Shown here one piece after another: positions 12,464 through 24,610 of a stretch of 64,000 nt of DNA. Each line of letters opens with the position of its first letter. Within the stretch, counting starts at the first letter, position 1. The position numbers and the translations under genes are program-made. The stretch covers positions 181,164,001 through 181,228,000 of the forward strand of contig OZ038378.1 in NCBI GenBank assembly GCA_964036045.1, written 5' to 3'. A model generated the notes under the pieces. The model saw only the letters and a program-made list of their open reading frames with translations, made no database searches and was not told where the DNA came from. Source of the DNA: Eutreptiella sp. 'Long Island Sound 2002' (Eukaryota > Protista > Euglenida).

Positions 12464-13414
12464 CTGGGATGGGGAGTGTGGAGGATGGTGTGGGGGTCTG
12501 GGGGGGGAGGGGGGGGCAGGGATGCGTTAGAATGAAAAGGACCTCAGAGGTGGTCATGGAGGCGGTGGGACAGGCGGTTGGAGGAGGTTGCCAAAGCGGT
12601 TGAGGGCGGTTACTGTTGGTTACAAATGCCACGCAAGCTGGCACTTGGCGTCAGGTGGACAGTGGCTGGGCATATGCTGGGCGCCCTGCAGTGGGGGGGG
12701 GGGGGTTATCTTCCCCCCTTCCAATGCATCTCTGGGGGGGGGGGGGACAAGGGCATATGGGCCGCACACAGGTCAACAAGCGCTCCACATACGCACGTCC
12801 TGGTACGCATGTGCAGCAATGTTCGGCACTTCTCAAGTATATTTGTGTTCTTCACCACCTCACCATATGTGCACTTGGTAGACCGCTTATGTGTTCTTGT
12901 GGCTGCCGTGGTTTGTCGACCACCACAGCTGGTCTGCATCTGAACTACAGTTCCACCCATTTGACCTTGCACAGGGCTGGCACTCAGGGGCATATGGGGA
13001 AAGGCGCGGGTTCCCGTCAGGTAGGACAGGTGCGGGTGGCAGACGAACGTTGTGGACGGGACCTCTAGAGGCTGAGCTTGTCCACAAGTCATCTGCCAAG
13101 AGCGTCAGGAAGGGCGTCATTCAGAGGCATAGGACTGCGGCACATTGATCGTGGGGCCTGGCCCCTCCAGAGCGCCTTCACTCAGGGGGTGCATAGACCT
13201 TGGCTCCCCGCCCCGGAAACAAAGCACGGCTGTCAGGGGGGGGAGGGGGGGAGGGTTGCGCCATTACGGCTGCAGGAGTATGCCGGTTGGTACTCCCGGG
13301 CGTAGATACCTGTGCGCCTTTTGAGGAGGGAATCCTGATTGCAAATGTCGTGCACGCTCTACTCTCTGCTTCTCATGTCCGAGGGGGGGAGGGGCTCCCT
13401 TAAGACGGGCATAC

Positions 13415-13779
13415 CCTGTCCTTGGCGGCTTGCGTATCCTCCATCAGCCACGCCGTCCAGAAGTTCTCCACAAGGAGGTCCAGCGTCTGCGGCACGACAT
13501 ACGGGTCCCGGTCCCCGGGGGCAAACAGCTTCACGCTCTCACTCTCCACTTGGCCACTGCGCCCGACCCCCAGTCGGTGGGTCCCGCAGCGGCGGAGGTC
13601 CGCGGCGATGGGCTGCGGGAGCGTGGCCGCCACGTCTTCGGTGATGAGGACGCCGGCCCCCAGGGGCACACAGTACTCCAGCGTCCAGTTGGCCAGGGTC
13701 AGCCCCCCCCCCACGAGGGTGTAGTTGGCCCGGGTGTCGAAGCGGACATTCCCAGCGACGAAGTTGGAGGCCACGACGG
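13415..13779 (-). CDS. PAC-like gene exon 4: C-terminal half of cyclase-homology domain
   Basis: Acceptor CTGCAG|CC (phase 1), donor AGG|GTATGC; FVAGNVRFDTRANYTLVGGGLTLANWTLEYCVPLGAGVLITEDV matches the class III pattern vvaGniG..r..YTviGd.vNlAsRle......ilise. Confidence 0.85.
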
Positions 13780-14019
13780 CTGCAGTGTGATGTCAAGTGA
13801 TCGGTTGGAAGGCTACGGACGTGGGCCCCATTCTTCCCCATCATTTCCCGTCCTCGTGGCGATGGGAGGGGCACCAACGGCGATGCTAACCCCCTAACCG
13901 CCGGTCAACAGGTCACAGACACCTGCCCCCCCTCCCTCTGCCCCCGGTCGTTCCCTCTGCTCCAGCATCAGGCTCTACCCCAGCCCTGCCTCTAAACCCC
14001 AGCCCCGTGCCTGCTTGCC

Positions 14020-15070
14020 AGGGAAGTATTAGAGGGGGGGGAGGGGGGGGGGGGGTCTGGAACCCAAAAGCTTGTGTACCAAAAATGGCCCGACAAGATT
14101 TGCCCTGTTTTTAATTTCGTTTTTTCCCACTATGGTCACTTTGGTCGGGGGGGGGGGGTTAAAAGGGGGGGGGGGGGGTTGGCAAAAGGCCTCGGTATTA
14201 GGTTGTTTGCCTTTGGCGGTGCCTATTGGCCTCTTGCCACTGCTCATTCTGACCCTCTGTGGGTCCGAACGTGTTTTGGTTGTGTCAACGGAGCCCCTGG
14301 ATGACTTGTCCTGTTTGACTACTCCAGGGTGAGCTGTCCCGGGGACGGGCTGTTGCCCGTGCCGTTGACCAGGTGCATCCAGATGCACACTCCGAGTCTA
14401 TGCTGGGTTTGCCGGCCCCAGCACTGACTTGTGTGCGCTGGGGTGTGCATCTGCAGAATAATTTTCCTGACAGGGGCTTCTAACAACCACAATGATTCTT
14501 TCCCTCTTGTCCTTTCCTTCTCCTCCTTCTGCGCTCTGCACCGTTTTCGGCGAGCGCGGTCTGCCCTGTCCTGTTACCCTCCTTGGTTCGCCCCTTTCCC
14601 CCTGCCCAGTTTCTTCCCGGCCCTCTCCATTCTTTCTGCCCTGGGGGGCATTGGGTGGCGGGGGTGCGTGTTGTTGTAGGGAGGGGGTAGAGGAGGGGGC
14701 AGGGGAGGGGGAGTGGGAGTGGGTTCGTCGCACCCTGCCCCCTCCTTTCCCTTGAGGGGGAAGATCCTGGCTCAAGGGGGCTCCTTGTTGGTGTCAGTGT
14801 GCTTGGTGTGGGTGGTTTTGGCCACTTGCTTCTGCTGGCCCACATATCCCAGTCTGTCCTGGGCATAGTTGCATGCTGTTTGCTGGCATGATGGCCTTAG
14901 CTGGCGCGGCGGTGGTAGACCATGCACGTAGCGCCCGCCGTCAGTCTAAGGGTTCAAGACCGGGGCTAATCCCCCTTTGTACGCGTCCCCGCAGTTGGGG
15001 AGAGGGAGGAGTCCGCGGCCTCCCCCCCCTTCCCTGTAAAGAGTCTGTTGGCTCATCACCCAGGGTCCTC
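14020..15070. repeat. ~1-kb composite repeat, copy 1 (MITE-like head plus body), intron 3
   Basis: Near-identical to 15823-16840 (GGTCTGGAACCCAAAAGCTTGTGTACCAAAAATGGCCC...GGCAAAAGGCCTCGGTATTAGG...CCTGTAAAGAGTCTGTTGGC). Confidence 0.85.
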
Positions 15071-15301
15071 GGGTAAAAGGGGGGGGGACCCCGCCGTTCC
15101 TGTGGTGTACGGCCATTGTAATACTTCCCTGCTGTATGCCTGCACCCTGCGCGGAGCCCGGCCCATTCCCCATGCCCATGCTCATGCCCAACCCGCGCCA
15201 CCAGTCTGTAATGGGCAACGATGGGGACCCTCCCACCGCCATCGGTTCCCCCCAACCGGCGGGCCCGTGATCCCTATGGAGCAGCCCACGCACGCGACGA
15301 C

Positions 15302-15653
15302 CTGCGGTGGCGTACAGCAAACGGCCCACATCCCGCTGCTTTGAAGCTTCACGTACCCCATCGATGCGGCGCACGGCGGCGCATGCGGCGGCGAAGGCGA
15401 CCTCGCTCCGCTCCCCCGGGAATGTGGCGTACAGGGTGGTGCCGCGCACGCCCCACACTTCGCCGCCGCTTTGGTCGATCCCCTCCATCACGTTGTGCGT
15501 GAACAGGTTGATGAGCCGCGTCAAGTCGTCGCGGTTCTGGGCGTCGGTCCGGCGGCGGGGCATGCCCCGCATGATGGTGTCGAAGCCCAGCATGCCCACC
15601 GCGACCACGAAATTCGACGTGGGGCAGGGCTCCAAGAACACCGGGTTGTACCC
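15302..15653 (-). CDS. PAC-like gene exon 3: N-terminal half of cyclase-homology domain
   Basis: Acceptor CGTCAG|GGG, donor GCAG|GTCGTC (phase 1); VVAVGMLGFDTI and IDQSGGEVWGVRGTTLYATFP align to fxDIxGFt and i...gG.vdKfiGDaimavf; about 88% GC3 by hand count. Confidence 0.85.
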
Positions 15654-15822
15654 CTGACGCGTGACCGGGCGGTGCAGTTGTTATGGGTGAGTGTGGGATC
15701 TCTACACAACGGGAATTCTCAGGAATGTATACAGAAGAGGATCTACACATCAGCGCGCTTCTCTGAGGCTTCTCTGAACAAACTGCCAAAAAGCTGAAAC
15801 CAAGGCGTGGGCCAGGCTGAGG

Positions 15823-16840
15823 CAGAGATGCATTAGAAGAGAGGGGGTAGGGGTGGCGAGGGTCTGGAACCCAAAAGCTTGTGTACCAAAAATGGCCCAA
15901 ATCAATATTTCCTTTTGTAATTTCACTTTTTCCCACTATGAAATCTGGGTCCGGGGGGGCCGGGGGGTGGCAAAAGGCCTCGGTATTAGGTTGTTTGCCT
16001 TTGGCGGTGCCTATTGGCCTCTTGCCACTGCTCATTCTGACCCTCTGTGGGTCCGAACGTGTTTTGGTTGTGTCAACGGAGCCCCTGGATGACTTGTCCT
16101 GTTTGACTACTCCAGGGTGAGCTGTCCCGGGGACGGGCTGTTGCCCGTGCCGTTGACCAGGTGCATCCAGATGCACACTCCGAGTCTATGCTGGGTTTGC
16201 CGGCCCCAGCACTGACTTGTGCGCGCTGGGGTGTGCATCTGCAGAATAATTTTCCTGACAGGGGCTTCCAACAACCACAATGATTCTTTCCCTCTTGTCC
16301 TTTCCTTCTCCTCCTTCTGTGCTCTAAACCGTTTTCGGCGAGCGCGGTCTGCCCTGTCCTGTTATCTCCCCCTCCTCGCCCCTTTCCCCCTGCCCAGTTT
16401 CTTCCCGGCCCTCTCCATTCTTTCTGCCCTGGGGGCATTGTGTAGCGGGGGAGCGTGTTGCTGTGGGGAGGGAGTAGCGGAGGGGGAGGGGTAGTGGGAG
16501 CGGGAGTGGGTTCGTCGCACCCTGTCCCCTCCTTTCCCTTGAGGGGGAAGATCCTGGCTCAAGGGGGCTCCTTGTTGGTGTCAGTGTGCTGCGTGTTGGT
16601 GGTTTTGGCCACTTGCTTCTGCTGGCCCACATATCCCAGTCTGTCCTGGGCGTAGTTGCATGCTGTTTGCTGGCATGATGGCCTTAGCTAGCGCGGCGGT
16701 GGTAGACCATGCACGTAGCGCCCGGCGTCAGTCTAAGGGCTCGGGACCGCGACTAGTTCCCCTTACGCGTTGGGGCGAGGGAGGAGTCCGCGGCCTCCCC
16801 CACGAACCCCTGTAAAGAGTCTGTTGGCACATCACCCAAG
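15823..16840. repeat. ~1-kb composite repeat, copy 2, intron 2
   Basis: Direct repeat of 14020-15070; begins with CAGAGATGCATTAGAAG, a CAG(G/A)GA-type terminus also seen inverted near 12720-12737. Confidence 0.85.
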
Positions 16841-18858
16841 GCCCGCGGTGCCCCCGGCATCTTATTTGGGCTGTGCTGGGCTGTGCTGGGCTGCCGTGTA
16901 TTGTTGTTGCATGGGTGTACGCGTTCTGCCATTGTTGGAGTTGGTGGTGCTACGGCGTCGGCGGAGTTGTAGGGGTAGTCACTGGGCCATTGTGGCGGGG
17001 GGAGGGGGGGGGAGGTCTGTCCATTCCGAGTGGTGTCAGCAATGCAGCTGGTGATGTGGTTATGCCCGGGGGGGGGGGGGGGGGACACAGGGGGCTACCC
17101 CCCCCTCCTCCTACGGTTGTCAGCCGTTCTAATACATAATACATCCTTGGGCCGAGGCGTTGACTTGAGGCTTGCATGTGCGGGCGAGGCTGCACTGATG
17201 CCCCATCCTCATTACCCCCCCTCCCCATTGCCCTCCCTCCCACACACCTTCTGCGCATCCCCTACATTCCAATGGGGTCCTCGGCCTCATCGTGGGGTGC
17301 CGGTGAACCCAGAAGCCTGCTACCGACACACCATCCGGGGCTAACAGAGGAGGAGTTGGACCCATTTCGCTGCAACTGGCCCATTGGCAGCCACACACCA
17401 CAGTGGTGGCCCCGTCAACAGTAGGCAGGGCCAAGCCACCCCCCCCCCCCCGCAGCCCCTAAACTCCAGCTCACACGCCTGCTCAATAGGTCCGCGCAGC
17501 AGGCAACACCGGTATCGAGAACAGACACACGATACACGATAAAGGGAAGCGAAAGGGGCAACACCAACACCGAGAACAGACACGCATTAGCAGCTGGGGC
17601 CACACACACCATGGGAGGGTACAGAGCAAACACTGGGTGCACAACACAGGTAGCTCATCCGGACCGGGAACGCGACGACCAACGACAACCGACGCCCATA
17701 AGTGCCAGGTATACGGTGCCAAGGCGAGAACCCGCGCCCCCCCCAACGCAGTGCGCGACCACGTAACCCCCCATACAGAGTGGTAGCCCCAGGGTGTTAG
17801 CTAGGCGGCACACACACGTTGTCACTGCCACCGCACGGGGGGCGGGGCTCCGCGGCTAGCACCAATAAACTCCTCTAGGAGTGGAATGTGTGGGACCCTA
17901 CCCACACCCGCTGCCCCCCCTCCCCCGCCCGAACCTCGGCACCCCGCTGGGCATGAGCAGCCACGCCCCCAAGCCAGCAGTGGACAGGCCCGGGGTACCG
18001 CGGCCAACACACCCACACACCACAAGGTCCACTATGGCTGTGGTCCGGGGGCTGAGTGGCCAAGGAACCACCGGTGCCCTCAGTCCTGCAGGACACCGCA
18101 CAACCACCGCACTCCACGCACATAGGCGTCAAATCCCCATTTGTGCATGTATGCCTCTCAGGCTCCAGACCGCGGCTGTCGCACGTGCCTGTCAACACCA
18201 CTTTGGAGAGGCACCCAGGCCCCTTGCTTGTCTACAGCTTGCACCATGCCCGATCCCACGTTCAAATCCCTTTCCCCTATTGAGCAACGTGCTCGGCTTC
18301 GCCTGGCACAGGCTTTTCGAGCAACCAACGTGGTCTATTCCGAGGACAAGGAGCTGCTCCTCACAGGGCAGCACTAGAAATCGACAATCCTGGTCCAAGG
18401 CATTCCCATGAAGAACAATGCGCGGATGGCATCCGTCGCGCTCCGGTGGGCAGTACTCACCGACCAACTGCTATGTGGAGAACTGGACGCACGGCGAGAC
18501 CACTGCAAGGAGTACGACCTACCGCGATGCCTTGGACCGATTTCTATACCAGGTTGTTATGATGTCCCCGACCAAGCGGAACGACGTCATGCATGCAGCC
18601 CGACAACACTGTGAGGCCTAGGAGAACTCCACAATTGGCCGCCTCACCTTTGACGAGTTTGTGGAGGTCCTAGCCGGCACCATGTGTACCTAGCTTGTGC
18701 TCCTCTGTGTGCCGTTGCTACACTGGCTCACTTCGTGGGCTGCCCAGCAGAGTGACAGCGTGCTGGCCTGCCCTATGCCCCAATACGCCCTGCCAGCTGG
18801 AGCCAAGGAGACCGGGAAAATACCTGGGCCCAGCCCTTCAGGTAAGTGCGAGTGGGAA

Positions 18859-19662
18859 CTAGAGCTGGGCCGCAGCCAGGATGAGAGGTCCCTGCTCATG
18901 ACCAATGCCCTGGTGACTCTTCATGCCAAGGTGTCCCCTGAAAACACCCAAGCACCCACCACCTGGATTGCCCTCCCCGACGCTCCTCTGCAGGTGGATG
19001 ATGACGGCCTTGTTCAACAGCTTGAGGGCCGGTGCAGCTCTCTGATGTAGCAGCTGAACATGCGGCTCAAGCCATGGCAGCCCTGGCGCGGTAGCACGCA
19101 ATCCTGGCACGACCACGACCGTCCTTGAAGGCAGCAATATCGGGGGCGACGCTAGCGGTAGCAACGCAGTCCACGTGGACGCCTTGGCCCGCTTCCCCAA
19201 TCCGTCGTGGAGGGCCTGGCGGAGGTCAGCCAATGTGTGAACGGCGGCAAATGTGGTCGTGAACGCGAAGGGAAGGTCTTCATTGCGATGGAAATTGATC
19301 GCCAAGCCACGCCAGTCGTTGAACCCGTGTCTCTCAGTGTCGACTACCAAGGGCTGCAGCTGCTGGAGCGTGTCATTGAGGGACGTTGATGAACGCATGG
19401 AGGCGCCAAACCGAGTTGCAAGTGTCTCCAAGAAGCGCCGCAGATCTAGTCTCATGAAGGCCCTCACCCTACCAAGCGAGTTCCGCTGTGTGTTGGCTGT
19501 GCTCGGCCGGTCCCTCGCAACGCGCAACAATGGCCGCCCGACATCCAATTCTAGCTGGTTCCTTGCAGGAGCGCTAAATCCCAACCACCCCCGCCCCGCA
19601 CAGCCTGCGGCTCTCCCGCAAGCCCCCTCAAAAGTGCCAACCTCCCCTGCAGCCTCCGCCAT
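18859..19662 (-). other. Open 267-codon frame of unknown origin, probably a TE ORF remnant
   Basis: Stop-free, helical-looking translation inside a CTAG-rich decayed region; no motif recognised. Confidence 0.3.
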
Positions 19663-20199
19663 AGGCTTTTAGCCTGTGCAAGCCCGCGCTGCGACTCGCA
19701 TGGTCCTCCCACATAGGGCAAGTAGACGCCACAACGCTCTCGTCTGTCATGACCGAGGTGCTGGGCGTACCAGTGTACATCATGCCCGACGACCAGTAGG
19801 GGACAGATGGGTGCGCAATGGCAGCTGGGCTTGCTGCGGTTGTAGTTGTTGCTGACTGATGTTGAGGCAGCTGCTGGCGCTGCTGCTGCTGGCCGGCCTC
19901 ATTTTTCGGCAGCTTGGTCTTGGGGCGCAGAGGGTTCCGCAAGCGGCGCTTCCCCCCCACCCCACCCCGGCGAGTCAAGGGTGCAATCTCAGGGTGGCAT
20001 GGTAAGCGCCTCACCGGCTGCTAGCACAAAGGGCTCATTGTTGGACGCGGAGCGCCAAGCCAGGGATACGGTCTTGCCTTGCGCAACCGTGTGCTCGCGC
20101 TAGGCCACCGACTGGCCAAGGAATATTGCGGCACACTGCTGCTCGGGGGGGGGGGGGGGCACTGTTGGTGTATTGAAGGGGGGATAGGAATAGTAGTGA

Positions 20200-22045
20200 A
20201 AGCGACACCAGGGGTAGTGGGTCTCCCAATAATGGAAGCCTGATCCTCTTGTACTTGGTGGTCAGCCCCAGCAGTTTCGTGTGCGGTGTATTGAAATGGC
20301 AAATTTCCCTCTTGACCAGCCCCGAATGCTTACCCACTATCCGGATTCCCATTAGGCATTCGGGGACAACCGCGAAGCCAAAGCCCCGCGTGTCCCTCCG
20401 TCGAGGCCGCCCATTGACGCATGGGCGTGACCGCCGCGGAGTAGAGACAGCCCGTGGCTTACCATGCGATGCCCACCATCGCCGATGACTAGCCTTGCTC
20501 ACTCACCTCCCGCCCCAAGTCACACCCATGCATGCCATCACCTCCCTCCTGTGCACGATCTAGGCCCGTGCCGGTTGGACGCAGCTTTTGCGGCTCCTCG
20601 AAGACCTAGACTCCCTCTCGGCCCGCCACGCGGCGTTGGCCCTCGCGCGCCCGTCGTCCCCTTTTGCAGAAACCACTGACTTGCGTGCCCTGCTACACCC
20701 CATCGGGTTGACTATGCACACGGCTCCCGAAGAGGCTTTGCTCCCAGCCCTCATCCACACAGAAGGTCCCTGGATGGGTCCCCCCCCCGGCGACCCCCTG
20801 TACCTCAGCTCCGATGGTGCCCTCCAGGCAGGCGCTGTCTGGTCTGGCACCCACAAGATATCTTGCTCATGGGGACTTGTGCCCTTCTCACCTACGGCAG
20901 CACCCCCACGGATGCCGAGTGGCTAGGCATAACGGCTGCCCTGCTCACCGTTTTCGGCTGCAGCAACCCTCTCGTCAGAGTCGGCGATGCCACACACACC
21001 ACCTTCACCGCGTGGACCCCGGGCCCCCTTGAGCCCTCCAGGTTGTTGAGCGTCATCTTCCGCACCATGGCGCCTTGGCCGGTGACCGTGACCTTGCAAG
21101 AATTCCGGACACCAGCACAACACACAGGCCTGACAGCAGACGTCTTGTCTGACTTGAACGCTCAAGCCCATAGCACACCCCAGACCGATTTTTAGTACGC
21201 CAAGCCCTAGACCTACCCAGCTACAGCAACACTCCATGACATCATTGTCTTTATGCACCACAACCGTCTCGGCCGCCTTGTACTCAATCTGGTAGCGTCG
21301 TTCGACAGCATCTATACGGATACCGTCACTGCCCGGTTCTACTGAGGCGTAGGTCCGGCGCCCTCGTGGTGGTCAAGATCTGCTCTCGAAGAGCTCTTCT
21401 TGGGGGCGGCCCTCTCCGCCCGCACCGTCTTGTGCTCCATCCGCAATCGGTTGTACACGTGGGTGGTTGTCCCTCCAAAATCGGCACTGCAGTATGCTCA
21501 TACTGCTCCTACGCCTTCCACGGCCTGCCTCGCCATGAGGACTGGGAATGCCCAACCCTACCGCCGGCCCTCCTTTACCCTACTATTGCCGTATGGTGCG
21601 TGGGAGCAGGGGGTCTCAGCCCGCTAGGCACTCTAGGGGTCATTCGCGTCACAGCGCCACAACGGGCACTGTCCTCATCCATGATGGCGCTCCCTCGTGG
21701 GCACTGGGAGCGATGGCCCGACCCACACGTCCTTAGCCCCTCACCACTAGGGCCCGCCACTAGACTGTGCTTTCCATCGGAGGGCCGACCGCCAGTCCAC
21801 TCCCCCACCTAAGCAGCCTAATTCCCTACGGCCACTTGTCCGAGTTGCCGTGTTCGCAGCCCCCGCAGCTCCAAAGCCACTCGACAACCTGATTGCCTCC
21901 ATTCGTGCTTCACTAGCTCGCCGCCATCTTGCATGGGACCCCATCACCAAAGTGCCGAACAGTTTTGCAAACGTTCGCCCGGGGATGGCCCTAAGCGTTG
22001 AAGATTCCTTGGTGCTAACTTATGTTATGCGGGCGACCCGCTAGT
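20200..22045 (+). mobile_element. Degenerate LINE 3' portion (RNase H-like domain and CCHC finger), a family distinct from the 44-60 kb one
   Basis: LYLSSDGALQAG / TPTDAEWLGITAAL / VRVGD (D-E-D triad across a frameshift) and CSYC....H..W.CP; many TAG stops. Confidence 0.55.
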
Positions 22046-22476
22046 GCCCAGAGGGAGGAGCACAGCACAGGGCGGGGCACTGCCGGGGGGGGGGGGGGGG
22101 CACCACGCACAGCACGGCCCCCATCTCCCACATAACGGAACTCCACCGCCTAGATGCCGAGGGTGGGGAGGACCGACGTGAAAAACATAAGTCGTGTAAA
22201 AAAAATAGTCTAGTCGTGTAATTTTTTTTGCGGTAAGGACGTGTAATTTTTTCTTGCGTTAAGTCGTGAAGATTATAAAAAAGAAAATGAAAAATTGAAA
22301 GAAATGCACGTTTTGCAATACATGCGCAATATGTACAGCTGCCGGTTCCATACGGCATCCCGTTGCGACCTTCACGGTGGGACACCAAGTCCACAAAGCA
22401 CATAGTACTCCGCGTGGCCACCAATTAGTTGGGACCCGGGCAAGATAACATATTTTCACATGGTGTCAGTGTCATT

Positions 22477-23215
22477 GGCACTAGACACAAAATAAGGCCC
22501 AAGAAAAGACACCTGATAGGGCCATGGCCAACATCCAGTGTGGCAGCACTGGGAACAAAATCACGCTCAAGAAAAAGAGTCCTGGCGGGGCCATGGCCGA
22601 CGCTAGTGCCACCATTGCCTGCGTCAAAGGGGGGTCTGGATGGATGCAGACCTCGTAGTGCGCGTGGGCCCAAGGGGGGGGGGCCTCTTGAGGTGCCCGA
22701 TGCCCGTCGCCCCCCGGACCCCTCTGGCTACCACAGCCCCCGTGGTCGTCGGCAGGCGGCCCCGCGTGCGTGGACCGGGTGTTCTGAAAACCGCTGAGAG
22801 TAAGACTGAGCGGAATGACGCTGCAAATCTGTTGTTCGAGTCCGTCGGTAAAGAGTTGAATGGCCTGCGTGCTGCGCGGCGCATCCGAGGGCTGCAACCA
22901 GGGCTGTCCCCAAGGGCCAATGTTTTGTGTTTTGTTTTTTTTCATCGCGGCACTCTGACCTCCCGGCAAACTTTTACACGCGGTTATGCACCACCATTAT
23001 AGGCCACCAAGGCGGTAGTATGGGGCCAATATAACATAGTTTCACAAGGTGGCATGGGCACTAGACACAAAATAAGGCCCAAGAAAAGACACCTGACAAG
23101 GCCATGGCCAACATCCACTGTGCCATAACTGGAAACAAAATCAGGCTCAAGAAAAAGAGTCCTGACAGGGCCATGGCCAACACTAGTGCCACCATTATAA
23201 GCCACCAAGGCACTG
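22477..23215. repeat. Two ~145-bp direct repeats (22477-22620 and 23057-23215)
   Basis: GGCACTAGACACAAAATAAGGCCCAAGAAAAGACACCTGA...CTCAAGAAAAAGAGTCCTG...CTAGTGCCACCATT in both. Confidence 0.8.
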
Positions 23216-23814
23216 GCATGGGGCCAATATAATAGCAACATTATACGCTCCGATATTGGTACACCAAACGGGCGGAGGAAAATACAGCCCACCCAAAATG
23301 CACCCACTACAAGTAGTTGTAGAATGCATGCTTGTAGATCAAGTCCGGTTTTGCGTCGCTGGACTTGAGCTTTGCACCAGAATTGGGGTGAAACTGACAA
23401 GCGGCGTGCAACTCGGCTACTAACTGCTTGGACAGGCCATTGATGAAAAGCTGGTCACGCTCCAGCTTGCCATATGCATCTGCTGTGTAGCCACTCTCCC
23501 CGGATGAGGACCTTGGGACGGGTGTCCTCCTCTATGGGAGTGGCCATGGAAGGTTGCAACCTGGCCTCCGGGCTTTCCATACTCTGCTCGGCGGAGGCCT
23601 CCTTGCCTTCAAGTGGGGTGGGGGTGGCCTGAACACTCTCCTCGATAGCCGAAAGTGCACCTTCAACTTGGGTGATGGGGGAGGACTCAGGAGGGCAAGG
23701 AAGCTCGGTCACACCCTCCAAATCATCAGCAGGCGCTTCAACGACCCGCACAGCACAATCAGCATTAACGATGCTGAGCACATAGTCCAGAAAACCAGGA
23801 CCCATTGGATCACA

Positions 23815-24238
23815 AGTGGATGCCTCACCCCTACCTTCTCAGGGGCCCAAAAGAGGGCGGAAATGCTATGTCACCCCTGCATTCTCGGCGATCCCCAAAC
23901 AAAGGGGGACAAAATCAGAAGTGGTTGCCTCACCCCTGCCTTCTTGGGGGCCCAAAAGAGGGCGGAAATGCAACGGCACCCCTGCATTCTCGGGGATCCC
24001 CAAATAAAGGGGGACAAAATCAGAAGTGGCTACCTCACCCCTGCCTTCTCGGGGGCCCAAAAGAGCACGGAAATGCTATGTCACCGCTACATTCTCAGGG
24101 ATCCCCAAACAAAGGAGGACAAAATGAGAAGTGGCTACCTCACCCCTGCCTTCTCGGGGGCCCAAAAGAGGGCGGAAATGCTACGTCACCCCTGTATTCT
24201 CGGGGGTCCCCAACACCGAGCGCGGGGAAAACATCAGA
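23815..24238. repeat. 105-bp tandem repeat, 4 units; related sequence at 29090-29220
   Basis: Units start AGTGG at 23815, 23920, 24025 and 24130; contiguous, no unique spacers. Confidence 0.9.
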
Positions 24239-24299
24239 AGTGGCCCACAGGTGGGCACATCGCCTACAAGCATGCATTTTCAGTTAAATTGGTGCTTGT

Positions 24300-24610
24300 T
24301 TCTTTGCGGTAAGGTCGTGTAATTTTGTCATTTTTGCGGTAAACGCGTGTAGGAAAAAGTCATCACATCGTGGAATTTTTTTTGCAGCAAGTCGTGTATT
24401 TTTTTTTGCGGCAAATGCGTGTAACAAAAAAAAATCGTCACGTCGTGTATTTTTTTTTGCGGTAAACGAGTGTACAAAAAAATCGTCAAGTCGTGTAATT
24501 TCTTTTTGGCGTAATGCGTGTGACGGGCTTACACGACTTACCGCAAAAAAAAATTTACACGAATAGACGATTTTTTTGTTACACGCAATTACCGCAAAAA
24601 AAAAACACGG
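24300..24610. repeat. AT-rich foldback array of GTCGTGTAATTTTTTTGCGGTAA-type motifs; related block at 22180-22270
   Basis: Motif repeated forward in 24300-24520 and as reverse complement (TTACACGACTTACCGCAAAAAAAA) in 24527-24610. Confidence 0.7.

Noticed and set aside
23554-24312. 252-aa ORF with internal repeats; 105-bp array as possible CRISPR
   Set aside because: Unit length is a multiple of 3, which opens frames; units are contiguous with no unique spacers, there are no cas genes, and the context is eukaryotic
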